Shown here: positions 24,790 through 37,889 of the stretch, piece by piece | Layout: each line of letters opens with the position of its first letter | Position numbering within the stretch: position 1 is the first letter of the stretch | Origin: Chiloscyllium plagiosum | Lineage: Eukaryota | Direction: 5' to 3' | Assembly: GCF_004010195.1 (NCBI RefSeq) | Contig: NC_057718.1 | Location: 97,637,300 to 97,701,299 of the forward strand | DNA: 64,000 bases | Notes under the pieces: generated by a model | What the model was told of the DNA's origin: nothing | Seen by the model: the letters and a program-made list of their open reading frames with translations, nothing else | Databases searched by the model: none | Made by a program: the position numbers and the translations under genes

Positions 24790-25442
24790 TTCAGGTATAT
24801 AATTCTTTGAAGTTTGCATAATGTGTCGACAGGGTGGTTAAGAAGGCGTTGAGCATGCTTGCCTTCATTGCTCAAAGCTTTGAGTTGAGGAGTTGAGACA
24901 TTATGTTGAGGCTGTACAGGACATTGGTGAGGCCCATTCTGGAATACTGTGTCCAGTTCTGTTATACGAAGGCTGTTACCAAGCTGGAGAGGGTTCAGAA
25001 GAGATTTAACAGGATGTTGCTGGGAAAGGAGGGTTTGATTTATAAGGAGAGGTTGGGACTTTTTCATTGGGGCATAGGAGGTTGAGGGTTGATTTTAAGA
25101 AGGTTTATGAAATCATGAGGGGTTAGATAAGGTGAATGGCAGGTGTCTTCTCCTGAGGGTGGGAGATTTCAAGACTGAGGGCATATTTTTCAGATGAGAG
25201 GAGAAAGATTTAAAAGAGGCATGAAGGGCAACATTTTTACACATTGGTTTGTGTGTGGAATGAACTTCCAGAGAAAGTGGTGGATGCAGGTACAGTTGCA
25301 ATATGTAAATGATACTCAGAGAAGTACACGGATAGGAAAGGTTTGGAGGGATATGGGCCAGGAGCAGGCAGGTGAGACCAATTTAGCTTGGGATTATGAT
25401 CGGTACGGACCGAAGGCTCTGTTTCCGTGCTGTCTGACTCTG
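24790..25442 (+). mobile_element. CR1 3' fragment
   Basis: MLRLYRTLVRPILEYCVQF; GERFKRGMKGNIF; 3' UTR. Confidence 0.88.
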
Positions 25443-26316
25443 TGGTGGTGGTTTTACCTGCCTCAGGTGAGGGGAGATGTTGAAAAGGAGAATCCTTTAA
25501 CAATTATCTCAGCTGGTGTGGCAATCGAACTCATGGATGTTGGTGTCACTCTGCATTACCAACGAGCTATGCAGCCAACTGAGCAAGTCAACGTCACCAC
25601 ATGAACTGTGCCTCTCCTTCCCCTGGGACTGATCGATCTCCTGCACTTGGTGTTTACTGTTTTGTATCTGGGCACTCGCTTGTCGGGAAAGATAGCCAAG
25701 TGAGGGTTATCCCTGACAAAACAATCCAGACTCTTGGGATTGACATTCAATTTAATTCAGCAAATGTGGAATAAAAAAAACTTGTAAAAGCTCACTCTGT
25801 CATGACTGAATTGTCGTAAAAACTTGTCCAGTCCACTGATGTCCTTTTAGGGAAGGACATTTACCACCCTCACCCCACTTCAAGCCACAGGCTCTCAAAA
25901 CTTGTGGAATCCTAGAATCCCTCCAGTGTGCCCATTCAGCCCATTGAATCTGCTCGGCTATCCAAAGAGGTCAAGGCTGATCTGCTTTTCCCCCGAAACT
26001 CTTTGATACCCTGATTGACTAAAACTCTATTGCAGCATTGAGTGTAGTTAATGACCTAATTTTGGCAGTCCCATGTGGTTAAGAACTCCACAGATCCTTA
26101 CCTGGTCTGGCCGAGAGGTGCCATCAGACACATTGCAGAATGGTTGACTCTTAAATGCCCTCAAAATGGCCGAATATAGCCTCCTCTCCTCTGCCAAACA
26201 CCCCCCAGGGAGGTGAGGAAGACAGCTCATCACCTTTTCAATGGCAATTAGGGATTAGGGACAGCCGCATTCCACAAATGAAAGTGCTAAAAGCAGTGTG
26301 TAAGTGAGATGTTGAA

Positions 26317-26643
26317 CATACAGAATCTCTACAGTGTGAAAACAGGCCATTCAGCCCATTGAGTCACACCAACCCTCTGAAGAGCATCTCACCCCGTCCC
26401 TGTATTTCCCATGGCTAACCCACCTAACCTGCACTTCCTCCAAGACACAATGGGGCAATTTAACACGACCAATTCACCTATCCTACATGGCTTTGTGGGA
26501 GGAAACTAGAGCACTCGGAGGAAACCCACACAGACATGGGGAGAATGTGCAAACTCCACACAGACAGTCGCCTGAGGCTGGAATCAAATCCAGGTCCCTG
26601 GCGCCGTGAGGCAGCAGTATTAAACACTGGGCTACCGTGGTGC
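26317..26643 (-). mobile_element. HE1-type SINE
   Basis: Reverse-complement V-domain, head and tail. Confidence 0.85.
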
Positions 26644-28296
26644 CCATGTTATGGCCCATGTGCCATGTGTTCAACATTGCAAAGCAGGCACCAGACCCAC
26701 TCCACTTCACATTCCTAAACAGAGCGCATCTCACTTCTTCCAAACGAAAGCTAAAAGGCTATTCCTGGTGAACTTGTGAGCACCACTTTGTGAAGTGCAA
26801 TAGCATTGTTGGGTAAAGTTGTTAAACCAGTAAACTTTTGCACCTTTGGGTTAGTAGTTGTTTAATCAGGTGTTGTAACATTTCTTTGGAAATTTCAAGG
26901 ACTGTTTGTACTGTACTGAGAATGATAAGGTTTTGAGACAAATGTTGCAAGGGAGTTGGAGTAGGAGGTGGTCTGCATATGGCCAAAATCTGTCTATAGT
27001 AGCTGCTTAGTTTTTTCTTCTGTGTCCATTCACGGGAAAATTTTAACTTGCTTTCGATCCATTCAGTTCCATTCCTCCTGTTCCCTCTGAGATCCTATTT
27101 ACCCAGCTTCTCATCTTGTTCCTGTACCCCTCCCCCTTGCCCACCCCCAATCTTCAGTCAGACTGCAATTTCTTCCCCCATCTACAGAACCTCACCTCAC
27201 CCCACGTCAAACCACAGGCTGTCAATACTCATAGAATCCCTACAGGATGGAAGCAGGCCATTCGGCCCATCAAGTCCACACTGACTTTCCAAAGAGCATC
27301 CCACCAAGACCCTATCTCTGTAACTCTGCATTTCGCGTGGCCTATCCAGCTAGCCCGTGGGCAATGTAGCATGGCTAATCCACCTAACCTGCACATCGTC
27401 GGACTCCTGAGCCTTTTACTGTCTCGCTGCCTACTTAGATTTGAAGCATTCTTTGATAGCCTCTAGTGTATTATGCACATTCAGGAAGCATTCCTTTGAA
27501 ACCGTTACATGACATTCCTGTAACAGTACCTTCGGGTATTCCCTCTGGGTGATAGAGTCAGTGTAGTGTGTTCAGTCAATCAGTCATACATGTCATGCAT
27601 CAATAAGCACAGAGATCTGACTATGTATATATTTTATATCAAATTGTTAGTGTTGTTCATAAAATTCAAGACATCTGTCTCAGTAAGAACCCAATCTCTG
27701 TGGCATACATTACATGAGCTATTATATGGGGCAGCACGTAGACCTATCATACTGACAGTGTTATTTAATCCAATTAACCTCTGCAGTCTATATCTACCTC
27801 TCTGTATCCATTTTACATTCTCCAAAGAGCTCATGGAAACGTCAGCAGGCCTGTACCTCACCCCCAAGATATTATCCGGGCCTAATCTTGCCAACCTCAG
27901 CCTTGTTCTTCTTACTCCATCCATGATAGTGCCCTTTGTACCACCACTCGATCAGCAATCATCTCAAAGCTAGCACACACAGCTGCCACTGTGCATCAGT
28001 GGAGCAGGGAGGGCATGGTGAAGGGGGTACCAATCAAGCGGGCGTCTTAATCCTGCAGTGATGTGGAGCTCCTTGAATGTTGTTGGAGCTACACTCATCC
28101 AGCCATGTGGAGAGTATTTGATTACACTCCTAACTGGTGCCTTATAGGCAGCAGTCAGGTATTTAGGAGTGGGTGTCAGAGCTATCTGATAATTATAAGC
28201 CCTGTAGATTTGATAGGGACCTTTCACTGTGGCAGTGGATTCTGGGTATGTCTTTCATCCATTTGGTTTCTTGGTTTCCTCACTTCCTCCCCCTCC

Positions 28297-28339
28297 GTCT
28301 CTCTCCCTCTCTCTCTCTCTCTCTCTCAGTCTCTGGCTC

Positions 28340-28372
<33 letters not shown>

Positions 28373-28397
28373 TTCTCTCTCTCCCTCTCTCGCTCTC
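28297..28397. repeat. (CT)n/(CTGT)n microsatellite
   Basis: Directly visible. Confidence 0.9.
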
Positions 28398-29894
28398 CAG
28401 GATGCTTATCCATTTCCCTTTGGGAAACCCTTGATCACATCCACTTCTCTCACACTCTCGGGCAGCGGCGTCTTAACCACTCGGTGCGTGACAAAATTCT
28501 GAACACTCAGACAGGGGAACGAAAGAAAGGAGAAAAGAGAAAAATGAAGGAAAGAAAGCAAATAATGGAGGTGGAGGGGGAGAGCAACAATGAGAAACGG
28601 AGAGGAAAAGATGGTGGCAACAGAAAGGGCGAGAAAAAGGGGAAAAGGGACAGAAATGATGAAAGGGTTTGGAGGAAAAGGGCAAAGCACAGGTATTACC
28701 ATCACACTTGAATAGTTTTGTTGATGCAACATTGGCTGGAAATAAGCTTTTATTCCTCTTTCTCTTGACTTTAAAACTGTGAACAGTTGTCCCCAGGCAT
28801 GGGTCTGTATGTGGATGGTAACCTAAGGTTGAACGACACCTTTTTGGCTGGTTTGGATAGTGCCAGTTTTCAGAGCCTGTCCCCAATGTCCAGTGGAAAT
28901 CTCTTCACGCTGACTTGCGGCAGGTGATTAGCTGGGAGCTGTAATTCCTGTGGTTGCCAGGAGACCATGACTCAGTGGCTCTCATGATAACCGGAGAGTT
29001 TTGGTGACTCAGAGCTTTCGAAAAGAGACTGCAGAAACACTTATAAATTTGATCAGGGAGGTGGAGGCAATGCCGGTCAGTGTTCAGGCGAGTCAAAGGA
29101 TGTCCTCTGACAAGCTCGACGAAGACCTGGGTAACAACAGGCAGCCAGTGAGCTGCTCTGTGCTTGGCATAGCAAGACTCAACCAAGATTCAGTGAGTAT
29201 CCCCAGCTCTGGGCTTTGCAACAGTTGTGTTTGCGTGTACGAATTACTGCCCCTCTCCGTTGGGTGCCGGCGTGTGTGTCAGTTATGACTCGGGGGCAGC
29301 ACACTCACCTCTGAGTCAGAATGTTGTGGGTTCAAGGCTGATTCCAGGACTTGAATCATGGAAATCAAGACTGATTCTCCCGGGGAGTGCCGGACTATTT
29401 GAGGTGTGGTTTATCTGAAAAAGATCTCGCCTGAAGCCCTGTCAGGTAGATTTAAGGGAATTCTCATCTCCCCAAAGTGAAAGTCAATGGCCCAGAAAGT
29501 AACTTGCTCCCCACCCCACAACCATAATATCCTGCAAGGATGCTGTGTGGGTGAAGAGCTAATCTGTGTTCAATTGGAAAAGAAACAATGATTTTTCTTG
29601 CATTGCAAGTGGTAAAGTCAAATTAATGATAAAGCTTATATTGCAAATACCAATTCCAGGCTATTACTCTGTCTGTTGACAACGCTCCAAACTGTCCCAT
29701 GGGACTCCGGGAATCCAAGCATAATCTCCAGGACATTCCAGGGAGAAAGATCTCAGAGGCAGTGTGGAGCCTTAGAATGACGTCAGCACACGCGATTGTT
29801 TGGTTGTGCCACTGATGGCCCTCTGCATGAGTAGGTCACTCAGTCTCCACCCCCTCCCACCTCCTGCCACACTAGCCCTGTAGGCGAATGTAGA

Positions 29895-30256
29895 GGAGAC
29901 TGCATCGGGGCTCTACATTGGGGAGACAGGACGCCTCCTCACAGAGCGCTTCAGAGAACTTCTCCGGGACACCCACACCACTAACCCCACCACCTCGTAG
30001 CCGAACACTTCAACTCCCCCTCCCACTCCGCCAAAGACATGCAGGTCCTGGGCCTCCTCCATCGCCACTCACTAACCACCCGACGTCTGGAGGAAGAACA
30101 CCTCATCTTCCGCCTTGGTACCCTCCAGCCCCATGGCATCAATGTGGATTTCATCAGTTTCCTCATTTCCCCTCCCCCCACCTTAATCCCAGATCTAACC
30201 TTCCAATTTGGCACCACCCTCATGACCTGTCCAACCTGTCCATCTCTCTTCCCACC
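29895..30256 (+). mobile_element. Penelope-like element, GIY-YIG endonuclease C-terminus and 3' UTR
   Basis: LYIGETGRLLTERFRE then, after a frameshift, VAEHFNSPSHSAKDMQVLGLL...RRLEEEHLIFRLGTLQPHGINVDF. Runs into the gap. Confidence 0.85.
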
Positions 30257-30592
30257 NNNNNNNNNNNNNNNNNNNNNNNNNNNNNNNNNNNNNNNNNNNN
30301 NNNNNNNNNNNNNNNNNNNNNNNNNNNNNNNNNNNNNNNNNNNNNNNNNNNNNNNNNNNNNNNNNNNNNNNNNNNNNNNNNNNNNNNNNNNNNNNNNNNN
30401 NNNNNNNNNNNNNNNNNNNNNNNNNNNNNNNNNNNNNNNNNNNNNNNNNNNNNNNNNNNNNNNNNNNNNNNNNNNNNNNNNNNNNNNNNNNNNNNNNNNN
30501 NNNNNNNNNNNNNNNNNNNNNNNNNNNNNNNNNNNNNNNNNNNNNNNNNNNNNNNNNNNNNNNNNNNNNNNNNNNNNNNNNNNNNNNNNNNN
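30257..30592. other. assembly gap (336 N)
   Basis: Run of N. Confidence 1.
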
Positions 30593-31284
30593 CTCTCTTT
30601 CTCTCTCTCTCTCGCTCTCTTTCTCTCTCTCTCCAGGATGCTTATAAACCCTTGATCACATCCACTTCCACCATACTCTCTGTCAGTGGCATCTTAGCTA
30701 CTTGGTGTGTGACAAAATTCTTTCTCGCGTCGGCTACGGCCTTTTTCTGCCAATTGGCAGAAATTGACGTCCTCATGTTTTTGAGCATTCCGCCAAGGGA
30801 AGAGTGAATATCTCTCGGTCTCAATCCCTCGTGATTTTGACAGCCTTTATCATCGATCTCCTGTCATCTTTCCAGAACTCAGGAAAGCAGCACCTTCCCC
30901 AGGGTGACTGACCTGGCCAGCAAGGGCCACACCACATGAACAAAGTAAGGAGGACAAAGCCAGTCTCTCCAAGCTACCCCCAGAATTCTCTCATCCCTTT
31001 TACATGTTAAGCAATTCTTTCAACAACTTTGCCCATTAGTCTGGGGATGGGAAAGAAAGGGCTGTTTGGCTGAAAGCAGGAAGTTTTCCAATCGGGTTAC
31101 GAAGAGCTTAAAGGCAGGACATTGAGAAGATAGACATAGTGGGTGACCAATGAGCAAAGTGTGGGCTGTTCACAATTTTCAGGAGGAGGTCCTGCCATGG
31201 GATCTCCAGGAGTGTTTCTGGACAGAGTTGGCAACTTTCCTAGTGACAAATGAGCAACTGTTTCTAAGTGTAAGTCAAAGAAAG

Positions 31285-31685
31285 ATTGGAACATAGAAAA
31301 GAGAAGAAGGCCAGCCGACCCTTCGAGCCTGCTCCACCATTTAATACGATCATGGCTAAACATCCAACTCAGTCCTCTGCTCCCGCTTTCTCCCCATAGC
31401 CTTTGATCCCTTCAGCCCTAAGAATTATAACTAACTTCTTCTTAAAAACATCAAATGTTTTGGCCTCAACTGCTTTCTGTGGCAGAGAATTCCACAGGCT
31501 CACCATCTCTCCTTGGGCGAGGAAATTTCGCCTCACCTCAGTCTTTGAGGTCCTACCCTGTATTCTGGGGTCCCAGGTCATCGGAAACATCCTTTCTGCA
31601 TTACTCAGTCTAGTCTTAATAGAATTTTGCGAGCTTCTATGAGATCCCCCACAGTCCCACTCATTTTTCTAAACTGCTATAAATG
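31285..31685 (-). mobile_element. CR1 3' fragment
   Basis: KTEVRRNFLAQ...LWNSLPQKAVEAK. Confidence 0.82.
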
Positions 31686-32599
31686 CATTCCTAACTGAGA
31701 CAGTCTCTCCCCGTACATCTGTCCTGCCATCTTTGGGATGAGTCAAAAGCAGGCTGTTTACCCTCAAACCTGGACTGAGTTTTACCCCCTTAACCTTGGG
31801 CATTTCATTAAGTGAATGTTTTTGAAAATTAGGTTGAGAAAAGACTGGAGTTATAACTTCCCTGTGGGTGTTTATGTGAAGGAACGTGAGACTGATTCTT
31901 TCAGGATACCTAAGGTCACCAGACAAACTCATTAGGCTCAGAAAGTGGCCATTCGGCCCATCATGCCTTTAACAGCTATTCGATTCTTATCCTGTTCTAA
32001 CCCAATCTTTCCCGAATCCTGCTCTTTTCAAATATTCATCCAATTCTATTTGCGCACGTTCCAGGGAATCTGCCTTCTACCCACCTTTCAGACAATGCAT
32101 TTCCAGATCATCACAATATGGTGCATTGTTTTAACATAAATTACTCCAAAAGTTTCAAACCTTCCTGCACTTGTACCTGATTAAGCTCTTGTACCTGATC
32201 CTGGAGAGCTCTCGATTATAGGGATCTCCAAACACGGCCTTTCCTCTGTATTTCTTCTGATAAAATGGTTTCCTTCTCTGCTGTCTGGTTCTAATGTCCA
32301 CCTGCAGAAGTAGGTTAGTACTGGCCTCTAGAGTTAAACCCCTGTTCTGACTTGTGCCAGAGAGGAAACTGCCTCCCAGCAAAAGGCAGAACATCTTGCA
32401 TCTGTAGAACTGCATCTCAGTCTTGTGGCGTTTTCTTTTGTACGTGATGCAGAGGCAAAAACATTGGCAACTCTGCACTCTCGTAGAGATAGTACACTCA
32501 GAGACGAGGGCTGGGTAGAATAGAGGATTCAACACTGCAACACTGACTCTGCAACCCATTCCTATTGGAGGTACAGGGTCAGGGAATTTGCTCTCATGT

Positions 32600-34150
32600 T
32601 TATTAAGATCAGCCTCTCCTTCGGCTGTCCTCCAGGATCAACAGTGAATTGATTCTATTCAATTTGATAGGCCCAAAGCCTACTGCATGTTCTGCCACAT
32701 GTAGGGGCAAGGTAGTGCTTGGGGGCATGAGCTAATGAGGTGTTCGGTGGTTCTCCTACCTCGTCCTGTGCCTCAACTTTGCCACTGCATGTTGCTGGCA
32801 GAGTCTGCCAACTGGTTCAGTTGTTCCTTTCCTGTGGGAACCTTGCCCACTTTGGCCGGCCACATGCCAGGAACTCGCATGAGTAGGCAGCAGTGTCTGA
32901 TCCCTTCAGCAATGCTTTGCAAACTTCCGTAGAGCATTCCCGTTGTCCGACTGGGATTCTTTGGCCGCTGCTGAGTGCCAAGTAAGGCGGTTGGCACCTG
33001 AATGACATGCCCTGTCTAGGAGAGCTGGCTTTGAGTGACTTCAGCCTTTCTGCTGGCTGTTTTTGCCTGGGAAAGGACGCTGGCTGTTGGAACACCTTTG
33101 CTGCCACTGGTTTTGGAGGATATTGTAGATGGCGTCACTGCTGGTACCCCTCCAGTGCTCTGAAGTGACTGCTGTAGATTAGACCATAAGACATAGGAGC
33201 AGAAGTCAGGCCATTCAGCCCATCGCATCTGTACTGCCATTCAATCATGGCTGATAAGTTTCTCAACCCCATTCTCCCACTTTCTCCCCATGAGATCCCC
33301 TTGATACTCAAGAATGTATCTATCTCAGTCTTAAGTATGCTCAATTACCCGGCCTCCACAGCCTTCTGTGGCAGTGAATTCCATAGATTCCCCACTCTCT
33401 GGCTGAAGACGTTTCCCCTTATTTCCATTCTAAAAAGGTCTTCCCTTTACTCTAAGACTGTGCCCTCGGGTCCTAGTCTCTCCTACCAGTGGAAGTATCT
33501 CTCCAACATCTACTCTGTTCAGGCCATTCAGTATTCTGTAAGTTTCAATTAGATCCCTCCTCATCCTTCTAAACTCCATCGAGTATAAACCCAGAGTCCT
33601 CAAACATTCCTCATATGTTAAGCTTTTCATTCCTGGGACCATTCTCTTGAATCTCCTCTGAACACGCTCCAGGGTCAGTACATACTCCCTGAGATATGTG
33701 ACCCAAGTCTCCATTGAATGAAGGTATTTGGAGATTTCTGCTGCCCAGTAGGACGTGACATCAGCCTCAACTTTGCGATCCTGATCCTCAAATACTCAGT
33801 CGGCAGAGGGTTGGGCTGGCAGAGTGGAGGTGATGGTGAATTTCCCCATCTCTGTGTTTCTTCATTAAGAGAGGCCGCCCACAATATGGAAAATGTTTCA
33901 TGTTTTCAACTGTCGCACCTTAATGGATGAGTGCAGGGGTAGGAGGAGGCCAGAGGAAGGCGCTGTAGCTGGTTAAAGAGATCCTAGGTTTTCCAGGCAT
34001 CCAGGGAAAGCTCCAGTTTCTCATTGGCTTTGAGAAGTGATTGACAAGACTCTGGAGTGAAGCTGGTGGTGTACAAATTATTTTCAGCCTGTTCTGTAGA
34101 TTCTCTCAGTGCCTAAGTGCAGTTTGTTGATGGTGAGGTGTAATATTGCA
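32600..34150 (-). mobile_element. old RTE-like LINE 3' fragment, interrupted by CR1
   Basis: Minus-strand LSSGQRIPVGQRECSTEVCKALLKGSD...CEFLACGRPKW resembles the RTE C-terminal G.R..GGQ...KASLK...WE.LA.DR..W pattern. Boundaries uncertain. Confidence 0.55.
33180..33705 (-). mobile_element. CR1 3' fragment
   Basis: LERVQRRFKRMVPGM...DLIETYRIL...RTRGHSLR; TAAGAC tail. Confidence 0.9.
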
Positions 34151-34329
34151 GCAAAGATGAAAAGTAAATTAGGTTATGACACAGTCTCGATCGATCCTCA
34201 TCTTCATTGAGATCTCCAATTAGAGCCAATCTGACCGTAACCACTTGACATTCAATGGTGTTACCATCAATGAATCCCTTACTGCCAATTTTCTTGGAGT
34301 TATCACTGACCAGAAAATGAACTTATGGC

Positions 34330-34860
34330 ATACTGCATTCAGAACTGGTCTCCCTGCTTTGGAAAGATGTTGTGAAACTAGAAAGGGTTTGGAAAAAAAA
34401 TTAAAAGCATGTTGCTAGGGTTGGAGGTTTTCAATTATAAGGTGAGGCTGAACTGTCTGGGGCTATTTTCCCTGGAGCATCAGAGGCTGAGGGATGACCT
34501 CACAGAGGTTTATAAAATCATGAGGGGCATGGATAGGGTAAATGGACAAGGTCTTTTTCCCGGGGTGGGGAAGTCCAGAACCAGACGGCATAGGTTTAAG
34601 GTGAAAGGGGAAAGATTTAAAAGAGACCGAAGGAACAGCTTTTTCACACAGAGGGCGGTACGTGTATGGAATGAGCTGCCAGAGGAAGTGGTGGAGGCTG
34701 GTACAATTACAACATTTAAAAGGCATCCGGATGGGTAGATGAGTAGGAAGGGTTTAGGGCCAAATGCTGGTAAATGGCACTAAATTCATTTAGGATATCT
34801 GGTTGACGTGGACCAGCTGGACTGAAGGGTCTGTTTCCATGCTGTACAGTTCTACGAATC
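34330..34860 (+). mobile_element. CR1/HER1 3' fragment
   Basis: LGLFSLEHQRLRDDLTEVYKIM...FFTQRAVRVWNELPEEVVEAG. Confidence 0.9.
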
Positions 34861-34948
34861 TTTCACTGTGTTTCATAGAGAACTTTTGAAGAGTCAAAAA
34901 AGAAAAGGAATTTTTTCAGGGGAAAGTGAGGATTGCAAATGCTGGAGA

Positions 34949-35206
34949 TTAGATTAGATTCCCTACAATGTGGAAACAGGCTCTTTCGCTCAACATGTCC
35001 ACACCACCCCTCCAAAGATCCCCCACTCCCTCCCCTATATTTACCTCTGAGTAATGCACCTAACACAATGGGCAATTTAGCATGGCCAACTCACCTAACC
35101 TACAAATCTTTGGATTGTGGGAGGAAACCGGTGGAAACCCACGCAGACAGTCACGTGAGGCGGGAATCGAACCCAGGTCCTTGGTGCTGTGAGGCACCGT
35201 GCCGCC
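34949..35206 (-). mobile_element. HE1-type SINE (internally deleted)
   Basis: ATTAGATTAGATT tail and reverse-complement head. Confidence 0.8.
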
Positions 35207-35844
35207 CATAGGCAATAGCAGAGGATGGTTAGAGTCGAGAGTGTGTTGCTGGGAAAGCACAGCAGGTCAGACAGCATCCAAAGAGCATAAGCCCTGCTTC
35301 AGGCAATTTCTTTTTTAACAAAACAAGATGTTTAAACTGTTGTACATTCCTGGGAGAGACGAACTTTGAAAATGTAATAGTTATGGCTAAATTACATTGC
35401 TGCTCTTTCTCCCTGTGCTGCTGATATTATAGATGAAAGAAAGAAAAGACAGACCTGACAGAAAAAGGGGTATGGAGTGGACTGCAAAATAAAAGTCATT
35501 AACTGCCCCTATTCCCTTTTCAAAGCATATAAAAATGGCATTGCTGCTAATCACTGGTAAATATATAATTAATCATTCAGTCATGAATCATAAAATGACA
35601 AATGTGTCTCAGCCGTCCCTGCCCATATAATTTCAGCGCGAGTTCGCACACTGGTGGGACTGGGTAATGCTGTGGAAGAGCTTTATTTTCCTGTTGATTG
35701 GCTGTAATTACCATCAAGGAGTGAAAAATCCAAACTGAAGCACAGAGGACCACTCAATCTGGTGCCATGGCAACGGGTCATCAGAGTTTGGCCATCACAG
35801 GGTCTGAATTGCCTGCAGAGAGGGTGGGAGTTTAAATTAAAGTG

Positions 35845-35845
35845 A

Positions 35846-35880
<35 letters not shown>
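35845..35880. repeat. (GT)n(GA)n microsatellite
   Basis: Directly visible. Confidence 0.9.
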
Positions 35881-35881
<1 letters not shown>

Positions 35882-36349
35882 ATAAAGACAGCAACTGCAG
35901 ATTCACAGGGATAATCAGATGCTGACTTAAACAAGCCTAAATCAGAACCAGTGGAGGAGAGGACTGGATTAGAATGTTGAAAATATGTATCGAAAAATTG
36001 GACACCACAATCTCGTTTACTCAATTTGCGGAACTGAGGTACTGATTTTCGTAGAGTGCTTTTGGCAGGAATGACTGGTTCATTTGAGGGGCTTTATTTT
36101 TAAACTTGTTCCAACTTCATGCATATATATCCGGATATTGTCTCACATCAGTATTGTGCAGCAACAGTCGTGGGAACCTTGTTTCGAACTTACGCAGTAA
36201 ACCGGGCCTTTGATCTGTGAGTTGGAGGGGTTTTGCTTTTGTTCAAAAGCAAGTGTTGGATAGTCTTGTTGATATCCAGCAATCATTGTATTCAGTGGAA
36301 CTGATGGATTTCCTCATTCCTAAATAAGCTGTTCTTGTCCGTCCCTCAG

Positions 36350-36482
36350 GCGGAACCCGGTGACATTCCCACAGAGCCTAATAATGATCCCAAGACAGCT
36401 CTCACGGAGAATGGTGTCAGTCACACATCCAGCCAAACATCCAAACCCTCAACGCAAGTCACCCACGTTCAGCCTCCACCAG
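36350..36482 (+). CDS. PLCB1: PLCB1 internal coding exon (133 nt, CTD linker); absent from the ORF track
   Basis: cctcag|GCG...CCAG|gtaagt. Encodes AEPGDIPTEPNNDPKTALTENGVSHTSSQTSKPSTQVTHVQPPP, resembling mammalian ADPGE...ENGVNH...QPAPG. Phase 0/1 fits the neighbouring exons. Confidence 0.92.
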
Positions 36483-36584
36483 GTAAGTGAGCTTCAGCAC
36501 AACAGAATTCTCTTTAAGAAGTGAAGACATAAGCTTTTGCAGCCTTTCTACTAATTGAATTTTTTTTTAAACGTTGTACATTAG

Positions 36585-36638
36585 CTGCAGTCAAGACAAC
36601 TGGTAAGGCAGAAGATCTCATGCACAGCGTCCTGTCAG
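36585..36638 (+). CDS. PLCB1: PLCB1 internal coding exon (54 nt); absent from the ORF track
   Basis: cattag|CT...TCAG|gtaagc. Encodes (A)AVKTTGKAEDLMHSVLS(E), cf. mammalian SVKAPAKTEDLIQSVLTE. Phase 1/1. Confidence 0.9.
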
Positions 36639-36830
36639 GTAAGCTGTTAACAAACTCTGCGTGACACAAGGACTTCAAATCACTTTCATCCCAGATGTTA
36701 AAATATAGAAAAAGATGGAGATGAATTAAGAATGAAATGCATGCGCTGTACCCTGATTTGATGGACTCTTTTGTTTAAAAATTAGACTTCTGTATATCCA
36801 AGTTTACACAGAAGCAGAGAGGACAAGGTG

Positions 36831-37113
36831 GGAGGCACGGTGGCACAGTGGTTAGCACTGCTGCCTCACAGTGCCAGAGACCCGGGTTCAATTCCTGCCT
36901 CAGGCGACTGACTGCGTGGAGTTTGCACGTTTGCTCTGGTTTCCTCCCACAGTCCAAAGCTATGCAGGTTAGGTGAATTGGCCATGCTAAATTGCCTGTA
37001 GTGTTAGGTGAAGGGGTAAATGTAGGGGACTGGGTATGGGTGGGTTGCGCTTCGGTGAGTGTGGACTTGTTGGGCCGAAGGGCCTGTTTCCACACTGTAA
37101 GTAATCTAATCTA
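36831..37113 (+). mobile_element. HE1-type SINE
   Basis: Matches 606-923 with a small V-domain deletion. Confidence 0.88.
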
Positions 37114-37889
37114 AATGCAGTTACAAATTCATGGTTGTGGCGTGATTATTATTCACTTGACAATCGGTGTGATAAAATTGCTACAATATTAATAATCACT
37201 GACAGAGAAGCCACCATTTGGAACAGTCATTGAAAAATATATTTTGTTTCAAATGAGGAAAAGACACGCAATGTATAATTACAGCAAACAAGAGGTGCAT
37301 TAATGCCATCTGTACAATTTAAATCACATTGTTTGCTTATAAATGAAAGAGAAAAGTTTTATCTAATACTTTTTTGTCTCAGTTTCTGTAGAGCGAGGAC
37401 AAAAAATAAAAACAGAAAGCAAAATGAATGCTCTCTTTCTGAGTGATCATACAGCAACCTTCACTTGTAAACTGTATCGTGGAGCATCTTTATCATTCAA
37501 ATACATTCATGCATCGTTTGTTGTTTCAACTATGTGTATTCCCTTGTTTTTTGTACTCCTGTTAAACCAGCAGGCAAAATAGTCTGAAAGCATCATATAT
37601 TTGTCACCCAATATCATTTCAAAGCTGCCAGCTCATGTTTAAAGTCGTTAGGATACGGTGAGACAGGAGAGAGCAGTCACAATCAGATAGTTGAACTTTA
37701 GTTTTGTAAAACTGAGATGTTACATGGAGCTGAGTTTCAAAGGGTTCAATCAGATTGTGATAAAATTGCTGGGATTCCAAAATACTCAAAGGCTGCTCAG
37801 ATGCATACATCAAACTTAGAAGTACAATACAAAAAGCTTAAAACCGAAATTAGTTTAAGTGCTAACTTCATGCCCAGTGCACAGTCCAT

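Noticed and set aside
28229..28711. 160-aa Ser/Leu- and Lys/Glu-rich ORF
   Set aside because: Low-complexity translation of a CT microsatellite and a purine-rich tract.
29918..30655. Long ORFs of 245 and 202 aa
   Set aside because: Artefacts of reading through 336 Ns; only the Penelope GIY-YIG remnant is real.
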